The translations under genes were made by a program, and so were the position numbers. A DNA stretch of 64,000 nt from assembly GCA_963841735.1 (NCBI GenBank), contig CAWJDT010000001.1:1216001-1280000 (forward strand), in the 5' to 3' direction. This DNA comes from an uncultured Actinomycetes bacterium. Its GTDB lineage: Bacteria; Actinomycetota; Thermoleophilia; RBG-16-64-13. Below, in pieces: positions 10,378 to 20,389 of this stretch. The notes below the pieces were generated by a model, which worked only from the letters and a program-made list of their open reading frames with translations, searched no databases and was not told the origin of the DNA. Numbering within the stretch: position 1 is the first letter of the stretch; every line of letters starts with the position of its first letter.

Positions 10378-10853
10378 CAGGTCTCCGGGGGAGCCTTGGG
10401 TGCGTCGGCCTCAGGCACGGCCGCGAGGCCGGCCGTCGCCCTAGGCGCACCGGCGGCCAGTAACTCGCCGATGGTCGCGATGAGCTGGGTTTGGTCGAGC
10501 GGTTTATCGAAGTAGGCGTCCACGCGCATCTGGGCGCGGTCTTCGTCGGTGCGGGGCCTGAAGTCGAGGCCCAGCGCGCTCGAAACCGACGTGGCGATAA
10601 TGACGGGTATGTCCGCGTAGCGCGGATCTTCTTTGATGGTGCGGGCGAAGAAGAAGCCGGAGTCGAGACTGGTCATCATGAGGTCGGTGATGACCAGGTC
10701 GGGCTTCTCTTCGGCCATGCGCATGAGGGCCTGCATCGGTTCGGCCGCCGTCACCACCCGATAGCCCGCCCGCTCCAGGATGTGGCGATTGATCTCAAGA
10801 AAGTCGTAGTCGTCATCGACGACCAAGATCAATGCAGACTCACGTGTGGTCAT
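10377..10853 (-). CDS. Stand-alone response regulator receiver protein
   Basis: LVVDDD, ITDLMM, ATS, DKP; paralog of 6669-7052. Confidence 0.9.
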   Translation of the reverse strand: MTTRESALILVVDDDYDFLEINRHILERAGYRVVTAAEPMQALMRMAEEKPDLVITDLMMTSLDSGFFFARTIKEDPRYADIPVIIATSVSSALGLDFRPRTDEDRAQMRVDAYFDKPLDQTQLIATIGELLAAGAPRATAGLAAVPEADAPKAPPET

Positions 10854-10885
10854 GGCGTCCTCACAGCGTCCTCACAATAACACTC

Positions 10886-10921
10886 GCGTCACCGCCCCGG
10901 GGCGGTGACGCCCCGGGGCTT
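10886..10921. terminator. GC-rich hairpin after hydA copy 1 (terminator or RNA processing stem)
   Basis: GCGTCACCGCCCC/GGGGCGGTGACGC inverted repeat in the intergenic space. Confidence 0.5.
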
Positions 10922-10939
10922 CTCGACACTACTCGGTTC

Positions 10940-12713
10940 TTAGACTCTGTCCTTCCCCGTGTACTCGGTGTGCAGCAACTCGTGCGACTTGTGTCCCAGG
11001 GGTTCGCCCAGGAACTCCTCATAGAGGGCCTGCACATCGGGGTTCTCGTGCGACTTGCGCAGCTCGCGGCCCTCGTCTTCGGCGTAGATGGCGCGGATGC
11101 GGGCTTCTCGCACCGCATCGGAGGTCAGGCGGGGCTGGCCGCCGCCGCCGATGCAGCCACCGGGGCAGGTCATCACTTCGACGAAGTGGTAGTCGGCCTC
11201 ACCACTGCGGATGCGGTCGACCACCTTCTGGGCGTTGGACAGCCCGTGGGCGACGGCCACCTTGAGGGTGGCTCCCTTGAGGAACGACCACGCGGGCACT
11301 GTCTCCTCGATGGTCACCGAGGCTTCCTTGACGCCTTCGAGCCCGGCGATGGGGGCCACGTGGAGGTTGGCGAAGGGGAACGGCTTGCCGGTGACAATCT
11401 CATAAGCGGTGCGGAGGGCGGCTTCCATGACTCCACCGGTGACGGCGAAGATATCGGCTGCGCCTGTGGACATGCCGAGCGGGCGGTCCATCTTCTGTTC
11501 GGGCAGATTGGGGAAGTCGATGCCGGCCATCTTGATCATGCGGGCGAGTTCGCGGGTAGTGAGCACCATGTCGACGTCTGGGACGCCGTCACGGCTCATC
11601 TCCGGACGGGCGCACTCGAACTTCTTGGCGGTGCAGGGCATCACCGACACCACCACGATGTCCTCAGGAGCCATGCCCAGCTTCTCGGCGTAGTAGGTCT
11701 TGGCCAGCGCGCCGAACATCTGCTGGGGCGACTTGCAGGTGGAGAGGTTGGCCAGCATGTCGGGGTTGTAGTGCTCCATGTAGTTGATCCAACCGGGGGA
11801 GCAACTGGTGAACATGGGCAGGGCCACGTCCTCACCGTCTACCAGGGCCTTCTTGAGCCGGGTGAGCAGCTCGGTGCCCTCTTCCATGATGGTGAGGTCG
11901 GCGGTGAAGTTGGTGTCGAACACCGCGTCGAATCCGAGCCGTCGGAGGGCCGTGACCATCTTGCCGGTGACGACGGTGCCGGGCTCGAAGCCGAACTCCT
12001 CGCCTAGGGCGCCGCGGATGGCCGGCGCGGTCTGTACGATCACGTGCTTGCTGGGATCGTCAAGGGCCGCCCACGCACGGTCGACAGCTGCAGTTCTCGC
12101 TGATGGCCCCCACCGGGCACACGGCGGCGCACTGGCCGCACTGCACGCAGACCACGTCGCTGAGGTCGCTTGCGAACGCCGGTCCGATGAGGGTGGTGAA
12201 CCCGCGGCCCTGAGCGAAGAGCGCGCCGACACCCTGGATGTCGTTGCAGGCAGTAACGCAGCGCCGACATCCCACGCACTTGCCGGTGTCGCGCACCAGC
12301 GCGGGGGTGGAGGTGTCGATGAGCTTGCGGGTGCGCTCGCCTTGGTAGGCGATATCTACCACGTGTAGGTCGAGCGCCAGCTTGCGCAACTCGCAGTCAC
12401 CGCTGCGGACACAGGCGTAACAGTCGCCGTCATGCTCCGACAGGATCAGCTGGAGCACGGCGTGTCGCGCGCGCCGGGCACGGGGGGTGTTGGTGTGTAC
12501 CACCATGCCTTCGGTGGCGGGCTGGGTGCACGAGGCCACCAGAGTGCGGGCCCCCTCTATCTCCACCAGGCAGATGCGGCAGGCGCCTATGGCCTGCACG
12601 CCTTTCAGGTAGCACAGGGTGGGGACCTTGGCACCGACCTGCTGGCAGGCGTCCAGAACGGTAGTGCCTTCGGGCACCTGGGTCTTGATTCCGTCTACAG
12701 TCAGGGTTGGCAT
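10940..12713 (-). CDS. hydA: [FeFe]-hydrogenase group A catalytic subunit (copy 1), split by one frameshift near 12090
   Basis: ORF 12060-12713 has the Fe-S domains; ORF 10940-12232 has FTSCSPGW, MPCTAKKFE, EVMTCPGGCIGGGGQP; removing one base joins them. Confidence 0.92.
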
Positions 12714-15700
12714 TACTCCACGTCTCCTTGCGCATCAGCAGTGGCCGGCGCCGCTGTGGCGGCGGCCCCAGCGGGGATCTTGCCGTAGTCGCAGCGCAGG
12801 CAGCGCTTGGCCTCGGCACAGGCGGTTTCGAGGTCCCAGGAGAGCTCTACCTCGTCGAAGGTGCAGGCTCGGGCCTGGGCGTCCAGGCACACGACGGCCG
12901 CCCGCGGTGTGGCCACCGGGTCGGCGTCGGGGTCGAAGAACACGTCCACGGCGACGTCCTGGCGCCAGAAGGCGTGGTCGGAACCGGTGAGGTACCTGTC
13001 GATGGCCACGGCGGCACGCTCACCCGCGGCTATTGCCTCTACCACGGAGGCCGGGCCGGTCACCACGTCGCCTCCGGCGAACACCCAATCGAGATTGGTG
13101 GCCCCAGTCTGGGCGGCGGCCTTGATCCAGCCGTTGTCCATCTCGATAGGAAGATCACCGGTGAGCGTCCGTGGCTCGGGTGCCTGGCCGACAGCACCGA
13201 TGACCTGGTCGCAAGGCACGATGAAGCTGGGTTCCCGTCCTGCCACCGGACGGCGACGGCCGCTGCTGTCGTAGTCGCCCAGAACCATCTTGCGGCAGAG
13301 CACGCCAGTTACTTTGCCCTCCGCGTCATGTCTTATGGTCTCGGGGGCCGTCAGGGGCAACAGAGTGATGCCCTCTTCGTCGGCGGCAAGGATCTCCTCG
13401 GCCCAGGCGGGCATCTGCTCGCGCTGGCGCCGGTACAGGATGTTCACGTGCTTGGCACCCAGGCGGAGTGCGGTGCGGGCGGCGTCGATGGCGGAGTTGC
13501 CTCCTCCGACCACTGCCACTTCGGTGCCCACTTTCGCGGCACCGTTGACGTTGTACTCACGCAGGAAGGCAAGCGCGTCGGTGACTCCCTCGCCGGTTCC
13601 CTCTCCCTCTTCTCTGGAGAGGCCCAGGCCGAGACCGTTCGGGGCGCCTATGCCCAAGAAGGCTGCGTCGTATCCCTGGTTACGGAGGGCGGCCAGGGTG
13701 AAGTCGCGACCAAGCGCCTTGCCTGTCTCGATGGTCACGCCCATGGCTTGGATCATGCTGATTTCGCGTCCCAATTCCTCACGAGGCAGCCTGTAGGCCG
13801 GGATGGCCTGCACAAGCATGCCTCCCGCGCTGGCTTCCTTCTCGAAGATGGTGGGCGCGTATCCCAACCGGGCCAGGAAGTAGGCGCAGGAGAGGCCGGC
13901 CGGGCCGCCGCCGATGATGGCGATCTTCTTGGCGGCGTTCACGGCGCTCTTCTCTACCCGAGGAAGCTGCGCTTTGGTCTCCTGCTCGGTCATGAAGCGC
14001 TTGAGGCCGCGGATGGCCACCGGGTCGTCGAGCGAGCCGCGTTGGCACTTGCTCTCGCAGGGGTGGAAGCAGACCCGGCCGCAGATGCTGGCCAGCGGGT
14101 TGCGTTCCCTGTGCAGTCTCAGGGCTTCGTCGAAGCGCTCTTCACCGATCAGGCTCACGAATCCGGGCACGTTAACGGAGGCAGGGCAGGCGTTGGTGCA
14201 CTTGGCGGTGAACATGCTGGAGCAGACGCCGGCTTCGCAACGGTGGTTGCGGATGTGGGCCTCGAACTCCTTGCGGAAGTAGCGGATGTTGGCAAGCACC
14301 GGGTTGGGGGCGGTCTGACCGAGGCCGCAGAGGGCGGTGTCCTTGATCACCTTGCCCAGCTCCTCCAGCTTCTCGATGTCGCCCTCTTCGCCCCGGCCGT
14401 TGCAGATGCGGGTAACGATCTCGAGCATCCGCTTGGTTCCCACCCGGCACGGCACGCACTTGCCGCAGCTCTCCTCTTGGGTGAACTCCAGGAAGAAGCG
14501 GGACATGTCGACCATGCAGCTGTCTTCGTCCATGACGATGAGGCCGCCGGAGCCCATGATGGCCCCCAGCTCCTGCACTGATTCATAGTCTACCGGCACG
14601 TTGAGGTGCTGGCGGGGGATGGAGCCGCCCGACGGACCGCCCAGTTGGACGGCCTTGAACTGCTTGCCGCCCGGGATGCCGCCCGCTATCTCGTAGATGA
14701 TGTCGCCCAGGGGGATGCCCATGTCGACTTCCACCAGACCCACGTTGTTGACCTTGCCCGAGAGGGCGAAGATCTTGGTGCCGGGACTCTTCTCGGTGCC
14801 GGCCGTGCGGAACCAGCCGGCGCCCAGTCGGATGATGCCGGGCACGGTGGCCAGAGTCTCGACGTTGTTGAGCACCGAAGGCTTGCCCCACAGCCCTTTC
14901 TGGGCCGGGAACGGCGGGCGCGGCCGAGGCTCGCCCCGCTTCCCCTCTATGGAGGTCATGAGGGCCGTCTCTTCGCCGCAGACGAAAGCGCCCGAACCTT
15001 GGGCGATCTTGATATCGAAGTCGAAGTCGCTGCCGAGGATGTTCTTGCCGAGCAGACCGTAATCGCGCAGGGCTTCGATGGCCACCCCGAGACGCTCCAG
15101 GGCCAGAGGGTACTCGGCCCGGCAGTATATGTAGCCTTCGTGGGCGCCTATCGCCCGTGCGCCGATCATCATGCCCTCGAGCACCGCGTGAGGGTCGCTC
15201 TCCAGGATGCTGCGGTCCATGAACGCGCCGGGGTCACCCTCGTCCGCGTTACAGAGGATGTACTTCTGGTCGCCGGGGGCCTTGGCGCAGAACTGCCACT
15301 TGAGACCGGTGGGGAAGCCGGCGCCACCGCGGCCGCGCAGTCCGCTGCTCATGATCTCCTCGGCGATGCCCTGGGGCGTCATCTCTGTGAGGGCTTTGGC
15401 CAGAGCCGCATAACCATCGTTGGCGATGTACTCGTCGATCTTCTCGGCGGCGATGCGTCCCTTGTTGCGGAGCACGCGCAGGTTCTGCCGGGCGAAGAAG
15501 GGGATGTCCTTGAACAGAGGGATGCGCGCCTGGGTAGTGGGGTGCTCGTACATGAGCCGTTCGACGGGGCGGCCTTTGACGATGTGCTCAGCTACGATCT
15601 CGGCCGTGTCTTCGGGGGTGACCTTGTTGTAGAACACGCCGCCAGGGTAGATGACCATCAGCGGGCCGCCGGCGCAGAAGCCGTTGCAGCCGGTCTCTAT

Positions 15701-15841
15701 GACACTCACTTCGTCGGCGACGTTCTGGAGCGCCAGTTGCTCCAAGAGGGTAACCTTGACACGTTCGGCTCCTGAGGAGAGGCAGGCGGTGCCGAAGCAC
15801 ATCATGATGTGAATGTGAGGGGTCTTCGTAGCGCCCTTCAT
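12713..15841 (-). CDS. hydB: HydB/NuoF-like subunit fused to a GltD/NfnL-like FAD/NADPH oxidoreductase domain
   Basis: N-terminal thioredoxin-like [2Fe-2S]; ADEGDPGAFMD, GGPSGG, SCGKCVPCRVG, HxxxxxCxAGVC; then CxxACP, CGRVCFHPCESKC, GGGPAG, GGGNSAID, YRR, FAGGD. Confidence 0.92.
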   Translation of the reverse strand: MKGATKTPHIHIMMCFGTACLSSGAERVKVTLLEQLALQNVADEVSVIETGCNGFCAGGPLMVIYPGGVFYNKVTPEDTAEIVAEHIVKGRPVERLMYEHPTTQARIPLFKDIPFFARQNLRVLRNKGRIAAEKIDEYIANDGYAALAKALTEMTPQGIAEEIMSSGLRGRGGAGFPTGLKWQFCAKAPGDQKYILCNADEGDPGAFMDRSILESDPHAVLEGMMIGARAIGAHEGYIYCRAEYPLALERLGVAIEALRDYGLLGKNILGSDFDFDIKIAQGSGAFVCGEETALMTSIEGKRGEPRPRPPFPAQKGLWGKPSVLNNVETLATVPGIIRLGAGWFRTAGTEKSPGTKIFALSGKVNNVGLVEVDMGIPLGDIIYEIAGGIPGGKQFKAVQLGGPSGGSIPRQHLNVPVDYESVQELGAIMGSGGLIVMDEDSCMVDMSRFFLEFTQEESCGKCVPCRVGTKRMLEIVTRICNGRGEEGDIEKLEELGKVIKDTALCGLGQTAPNPVLANIRYFRKEFEAHIRNHRCEAGVCSSMFTAKCTNACPASVNVPGFVSLIGEERFDEALRLHRERNPLASICGRVCFHPCESKCQRGSLDDPVAIRGLKRFMTEQETKAQLPRVEKSAVNAAKKIAIIGGGPAGLSCAYFLARLGYAPTIFEKEASAGGMLVQAIPAYRLPREELGREISMIQAMGVTIETGKALGRDFTLAALRNQGYDAAFLGIGAPNGLGLGLSREEGEGTGEGVTDALAFLREYNVNGAAKVGTEVAVVGGGNSAIDAARTALRLGAKHVNILYRRQREQMPAWAEEILAADEEGITLLPLTAPETIRHDAEGKVTGVLCRKMVLGDYDSSGRRRPVAGREPSFIVPCDQVIGAVGQAPEPRTLTGDLPIEMDNGWIKAAAQTGATNLDWVFAGGDVVTGPASVVEAIAAGERAAVAIDRYLTGSDHAFWRQDVAVDVFFDPDADPVATPRAAVVCLDAQARACTFDEVELSWDLETACAEAKRCLRCDYGKIPAGAAATAAPATADAQGDVE

Positions 15842-16246
15842 CAGTGCTCACTCCCGAAGCTGAGCACGTATTGGGGAACGAGCTTCCCTTCGATGATGTT
15901 CTTCTGCCAGATCTCTCGGGCCTTGTCGGCGCTCGAGAGCGCCGTAGATGACTTTGGGTTGGTCGAGTACCTCGACTGTCATCACGGGCTCGTGCTCGCA
16001 GGCGCCGATGCACCCGGAAGTGGTCACTCGGATGTCGAGACGCTCCGAGGCCGCAAGCTCTGTAATCAGGGCCGACAGGACCTCGCGGGAACCGCTCGCT
16101 ATGCCACAGGTGCCCATGTGTACGGTGACCAGCGCGTGGTAACCGTCTTCGCGGAGCGCGTTCTCCCTCTGCGTCTTCTCCTTGATCGCAAGAAGATCGG
16201 CCAGTCCTTTGATCTTGTGGGAGCCGGCATCGTCAACTGGCGACAT
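15841..16246 (-). CDS. hydD: Thioredoxin-like [2Fe-2S] ferredoxin subunit (HydD/HndB); probable frameshift near 15934
   Basis: VHMGTCGIASG, GCIGACEHEP; a one-base correction gives ...SADKAREIWQKNIIEGKLV...* ending in a TGATG overlap with hydB. Confidence 0.85.
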
Positions 16247-16784
16247 TCTCGATCACCTCTTCCTGCTCGTAGTAGGGGGCGAGCATCTGGCCGACACGAG
16301 AGGCCCGCACCCGCCGGTGTACGTCTTCGTCGATGGAGACCGCCGGCGCCAAGCCGCAGGCTCCGAAGCAGCGCGCCACTTCAAGGGAGAACATCCGATC
16401 CTCGGTGGTCTCGCCTACGTCGATGCCAAGTTTGTCTCTAACAGCGTCCAGAACCTGGAGACCACCGCGGACGTAGCAGGCCGTACCCAGGCAGACTCTG
16501 ATGATGTGCTTGCCTCGAGGAGTGGTGGAGAAGAACGAGTAGAAGCTCACTACCCCGGCTACCTCGCTGTAGGGCTTCTTCATCTGCCGGGCGATGTGCT
16601 TGAGGGCGAACTCGGGGAGATAGCCGCAGATGCCCTGGGCCTGTTGGAGCACGGGGATGAGTGCTCCGGGCTTGTCCTTGTATCGCCCTATGACTTCGTC
16701 GAGCCTGGCCACCAACTCCTCTTCGGAGACCTCGTCGCAGCAGCCCTCGCAACTGCTTCCGTTTGTCTTGCTCTCGTCGGGCAT
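16233..16784 (-). CDS. hydC: NuoE-like [2Fe-2S] subunit (copy 1)
   Basis: LIPVLQQAQ..GYLP, VVSFYSFF, CLGTAC, CFGACGLAP; own AAGGGAG SD before ATG 16784. Confidence 0.9.
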   Translation of the reverse strand: MPDESKTNGSSCEGCCDEVSEEELVARLDEVIGRYKDKPGALIPVLQQAQGICGYLPEFALKHIARQMKKPYSEVAGVVSFYSFFSTTPRGKHIIRVCLGTACYVRGGLQVLDAVRDKLGIDVGETTEDRMFSLEVARCFGACGLAPAVSIDEDVHRRVRASRVGQMLAPYYEQEEVIENVAS

Positions 16785-16786
16785 AT

Positions 16787-17324
16787 TTACGACTCCCTTG
16801 TCGGTTGGTTCATTGATCGGAGGCCCGGCCGCTCGCTCGGCGGGGCGGTGTGAAGCAAGCCTTGCGGCTGCCTCTTTGGGCGGTGCGTGGTCGAGGGGCG
16901 GCGTGAACTGGTCGCCCGCTAGGGATATGGTGAACTCGATCTGCGGATTGGTCGCGGCAGTGACGATCATGGTGGTGGCCACATCTCCCAGCGGGGGACG
17001 GTCCACATGGTTCAGGCGCATGAAGGTCTCCACTCGCACGCCCCCCAAGGACGGTGAAGGTTGGACGGTCAGGTCACCGCCGGCCGCCTGAGCTTCGGCC
17101 CTAAGGAGGCTGAGGCCCAGCCCGGTCTTCTTGCCGGGCTTGGTGGTGTAGAACGGGTCGAGGGTCTGTTCTGGGGTGGCGGCGAGACCGCTGCCGTCGT
17201 CGTCGACGGTGAGCCGAAGCGTGTCGGATCTCTGGTCCATGAACAGGCCTATGTCCATATGTGTCGCACCCGCGCGCGCCGAGTTCTCGAGCACCTCGAG
17301 TAGATAGAGGGATAGGTCATGCAC
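16787..17324 (-). CDS. HATPase_c (kinase-like ATP-binding) protein of hyd clusters; reads through into hydC as sequenced
   Basis: ENSARAGA, DDGSG, DPFYTTK, GLGLSL, HVDRPPLGD; an alternative frame stops just before the hydC ATG. Confidence 0.8.
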
Positions 17325-18158
17325 GGGCCACGCTCCGGTCTTGAGCTCCGGCGAAGGCCAGTAGCAGCTCGGCGAAGGTGGGCTCGGCCAGGCGCAGCGC
17401 GGTGGCCGCCGCGCCGATGTCGACCGGGTAGTGCGCGTCGGAGGCGCCGGTTACCGGCAGGCCTCGGAGGGCGGGAGTGTCGAGCAGCGTTGAGGTCGGC
17501 GCGAAGTGGCGTGAGACCTCGATGCCGTCGAAGCCTGCATCTTCGGGGAAGAACCCCAGTTGGGAGAATACGCTGAAGGCCTTGCGGTCCACATGCGCGG
17601 CGATGGCCAGTCCGCCCCGACTGTGGATAAGCTCCACCGCTTCGCTTAGGTCGAGGGAGGTGGCGCTCGCCAGTTCTACAGTCTCTTGGCCGGTGACGTA
17701 GCCGTCGGCGGTGAGCAATTGCTGTTCCCCGAAGAACGCGTAGTACTTTTCATCGGCCCGGGGCAGCATGCCGCTCAGTGTGGCGGCGACGCTCTCGACT
17801 GCCGAAAGGTCAGGGAACAAGGCAAGAACATGCACCTCTTCCAGGGAGGCGATCTCCATTCCTGGTATTACGGTAAGACCACCACCGGCAGCTTCGGCCG
17901 CTTGTTGGACGGCCGCCACGTTGCCCGCCGAGTTGTGGTCGCAGACGGCAATCATGTCAAGCCCCGCCTCCAGAGCGCTCCGCACGATGGTGGGCGGAGT
18001 CATTTGCTCCGACCCGCAGGGCGAGAGCGCCGAGTGGATGTGCAGATCGGCCCGGAACGTGCGCAGACGTGCGTCCAAGGGTGAGGACCCGGCTGTGGAC
18101 CCGGCACTCAAGCATGGCATCCTTCCGTAAGGGACTTGGCTGTGGGGGCGCCGGTCAT
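17317..18158 (-). CDS. PHP-domain phosphoesterase (start uncertain)
   Basis: DLHIHSALSPC, CDHN, PGMEI, EEVH, AHVDR, SDAH; the coupled ATG at 18158 is out of frame, in-frame ATG at 18120. Confidence 0.85.
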
Positions 18159-18532
18159 GCGCCGCCGCCCCTGATGCCCAACTCGTAGAGGCGGCCTGCC
18201 AGGTCGAACGTATCGGCGCGAGAGACGTAGAGCGCAAGGCCCTCCTCGGTCGCCCTCGCGATGACATCGGGCTCGGGAGTCCGCCCGCACGAGAAGATCA
18301 CCCCGTGAAGCCCTGCGTGGCTGGCCACGGCGATGACGTTGAGGTGCACCTGTAGAGTGATCAGGATCCCGCCGGTGGGAGCGTTGGCCAGCACGTCGCT
18401 CAGTAGGTCGGAGGCGTAGGCCCGGGTGATGTCGGCGTCGACCGCGGGGTTGTCCCCTTCTCCGGCCGGTCGCTCTAGGCCGGGAGTCAGCGCTTGAAGA
18501 TCAAGGACTTGAGCCAGCTCTTGCAGTCTCAT
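18155..18532 (-). CDS. DRTGG-domain protein
   Basis: YASDLLSDVLA...ILITLQVHLNVIAVAS motif. Confidence 0.85.
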   Translation of the reverse strand: MRLQELAQVLDLQALTPGLERPAGEGDNPAVDADITRAYASDLLSDVLANAPTGGILITLQVHLNVIAVASHAGLHGVIFSCGRTPEPDVIARATEEGLALYVSRADTFDLAGRLYELGIRGGGA

Positions 18533-20376
18533 CGGTCGCGGTCCTCCTTCTCACCGTTCACACGGGCGGTGTAGGGGCACAGTTCGACACCGGCCCGTTG
18601 CATGACGACGTCTTCGGCCAGGGCTGCGCAGGTGGGGGCGCCACAGGTGCCGCAGTCCTTGCCCGGCAGGGAGTGGGTGACCTGCTGCAGGTGACCCAGC
18701 TTCTGGATGGCTTTGCCCATGTCGGCATCGAGCCGGATGCCCGGCCGGGGGGCATAAGGCCGCCGGCGCGGCTGCGGGGCGGGCGCGGGCACCGAGGCCG
18801 CGCCGGCGGTGCCGACGGGTCCCGCGGAGTCGCCGCCCCCGGCCGCAGCGCCGGGCTTGGCGCCTCCCAGGGCGCCGGCCGCCTCGGCGACTTCGACCGC
18901 CTCCCGGCCACGTTGCCAGCGGCGGGCGGCTACATGGTGGTCTTCAGATAGCAGCGGGGAGCCGAAGCACCCGCCTTCGCAGGCATATGGGTCGATGGCG
19001 GCCACGTCGCCAAGCAGGCCGTCCTCGATCTGCTCCAGCAGCTTGATCACGTGGGTGATGCCGGTGACCGTCAGCAGTGCATCGGTGTTGTGGTCGGTCT
19101 CCGTCACGGTTGCCTGGGGGTGCGTGGTGATCGGCGCCAGGGCCTCGCTGCGCGGCTCCAGGCTTGAACCGGCTCCACCTGTGAGCTTCATCATGACGGC
19201 TTGGCGGAAGGGCCCGGGTGCCAAGTATTCGGCGGCTGCACCCACGGCTGCGGGTGGTCCGTCGGCACTCGCGTCGCTCCCGTCTTGGCCTGGTGTTTCT
19301 GGCACATGTAGGAGTAGGGCGGAGCGCTGGCTGGGGCACGAGACCACATAGGCGACCGGCCTGCCGCCGTGCGCGGCCTGCACCGCTTCCCAGGGCGAAT
19401 CGAACGGGGCCAGGTGAGGCACCAGCGAGGGGAAGCGGAGCTCGACCAGATTGGTAATCGCTGGGCACGAGGATGTGATCAGCGGCCGGGGACGGGCCGC
19501 GGAGTCGGTCGCGCTTTCGGCTGGGGCCGCGCCTATGGCCGCGGCGTCGTCGCAGGATGTCGCCTCGGCCATCGCCAGCACCGCCGCGCGCAGCGCCTGT
19601 TCGTACGGCGCCGAAGTGATCACCTCGGCAAAGCCCAGGCCTTGGAGAGCGGCCATTACCTGTGCCGGCGGATAGTCGGCGCCACACCCGGCCAGCAGAG
19701 CCGGCGGTACTACCAGCAGCATGTCCTCTTTGCCGGGCAGCGCCTCCAGATTGGAGAGTTCGTCGCGCATGGTCAGAGCGCCACTGCTACAGGCGGCGAT
19801 GCAGGCCGTGCAGTCTACGCAGAGGTGTTCGAGCACGCTCGGGCGCCCGTCACGCACCCGCAGCGCCTGCGTGGGGCAGGCGGTCAGGCAGGCCCGGCAG
19901 TCACGGCAGCGATCGGCCGAGGCGTAGAGCGAGATGGGCCGCGCTCCGTCGCTGCTGCCTGGCTGCAGATCGACGGTGAAGCTTACCCGGGTGCCTTTTC
20001 CCATGCGGGAGGTCACCCGCAGGCGATCACTGTTGCGCTTAATGTTGGGCAGTCCCATGCCCGCCCCGAAGCCGAGCGCCCGGGCCTCGGCACCGGCTGT
20101 GGAGAAACCCTCTACCATGGCCTGCTCCACATCGGGAATGCCCGGACCTCCGTCCACCACGTTCACGTCTATCTGGGACGCCGAGAGGCAAGCCTCCAGG
20201 CGGCCGCCGACGGAGTGTATGACCACGTTCATCTCGGCTTCGTAGGCGGCGATCATGGTGCGGCGGATGGCTTCAGCCTCGGCCCCGATGCGTTTGAGGT
20301 GTTCCTTGATGGCGCGCGAGGCGGCGCCCGCCCGGCGGAAGTCGTTGCTCTCTATGTCGTATGACAAGAATTCCAT
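18529..20376 (-). CDS. RsbT-like Ser/Thr kinase fused to 2[4Fe-4S], a degenerate [FeFe]-hydrogenase-like domain and an Fe-S domain
   Basis: AYEAEMNVVIH, DGGPGI, GFGAGMGLPNIKR; CRDCRAC..ACP, CVDCTAC; ITSSCPA, ACEGGCFGSP; LPGKDCGTCGAPTC. Confidence 0.85.
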   Translation of the reverse strand: MEFLSYDIESNDFRRAGAASRAIKEHLKRIGAEAEAIRRTMIAAYEAEMNVVIHSVGGRLEACLSASQIDVNVVDGGPGIPDVEQAMVEGFSTAGAEARALGFGAGMGLPNIKRNSDRLRVTSRMGKGTRVSFTVDLQPGSSDGARPISLYASADRCRDCRACLTACPTQALRVRDGRPSVLEHLCVDCTACIAACSSGALTMRDELSNLEALPGKEDMLLVVPPALLAGCGADYPPAQVMAALQGLGFAEVITSAPYEQALRAAVLAMAEATSCDDAAAIGAAPAESATDSAARPRPLITSSCPAITNLVELRFPSLVPHLAPFDSPWEAVQAAHGGRPVAYVVSCPSQRSALLLHVPETPGQDGSDASADGPPAAVGAAAEYLAPGPFRQAVMMKLTGGAGSSLEPRSEALAPITTHPQATVTETDHNTDALLTVTGITHVIKLLEQIEDGLLGDVAAIDPYACEGGCFGSPLLSEDHHVAARRWQRGREAVEVAEAAGALGGAKPGAAAGGGDSAGPVGTAGAASVPAPAPQPRRRPYAPRPGIRLDADMGKAIQKLGHLQQVTHSLPGKDCGTCGAPTCAALAEDVVMQRAGVELCPYTARVNGEKEDRDR

Positions 20377-20389
20377 GAGGGTCGTAGGG

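Noticed and set aside
12060-12110. Split hydA as a programmed frameshift or pseudogene
   Set aside because: No slippery site, both halves are intact, and similar single-base indels occur near 15934, 22495, 24163 and 42520; sequencing error is more likely
12707-14581. Long antisense ORFs (also 54333-56231 and others)
   Set aside because: Shadow ORFs typical of high-GC coding DNA opposite well-supported genes
16233-17324. HATPase-HydC fusion protein
   Set aside because: hydC has its own SD and ATG, and a shifted frame stops 2 nt before it; probably an indel artefact
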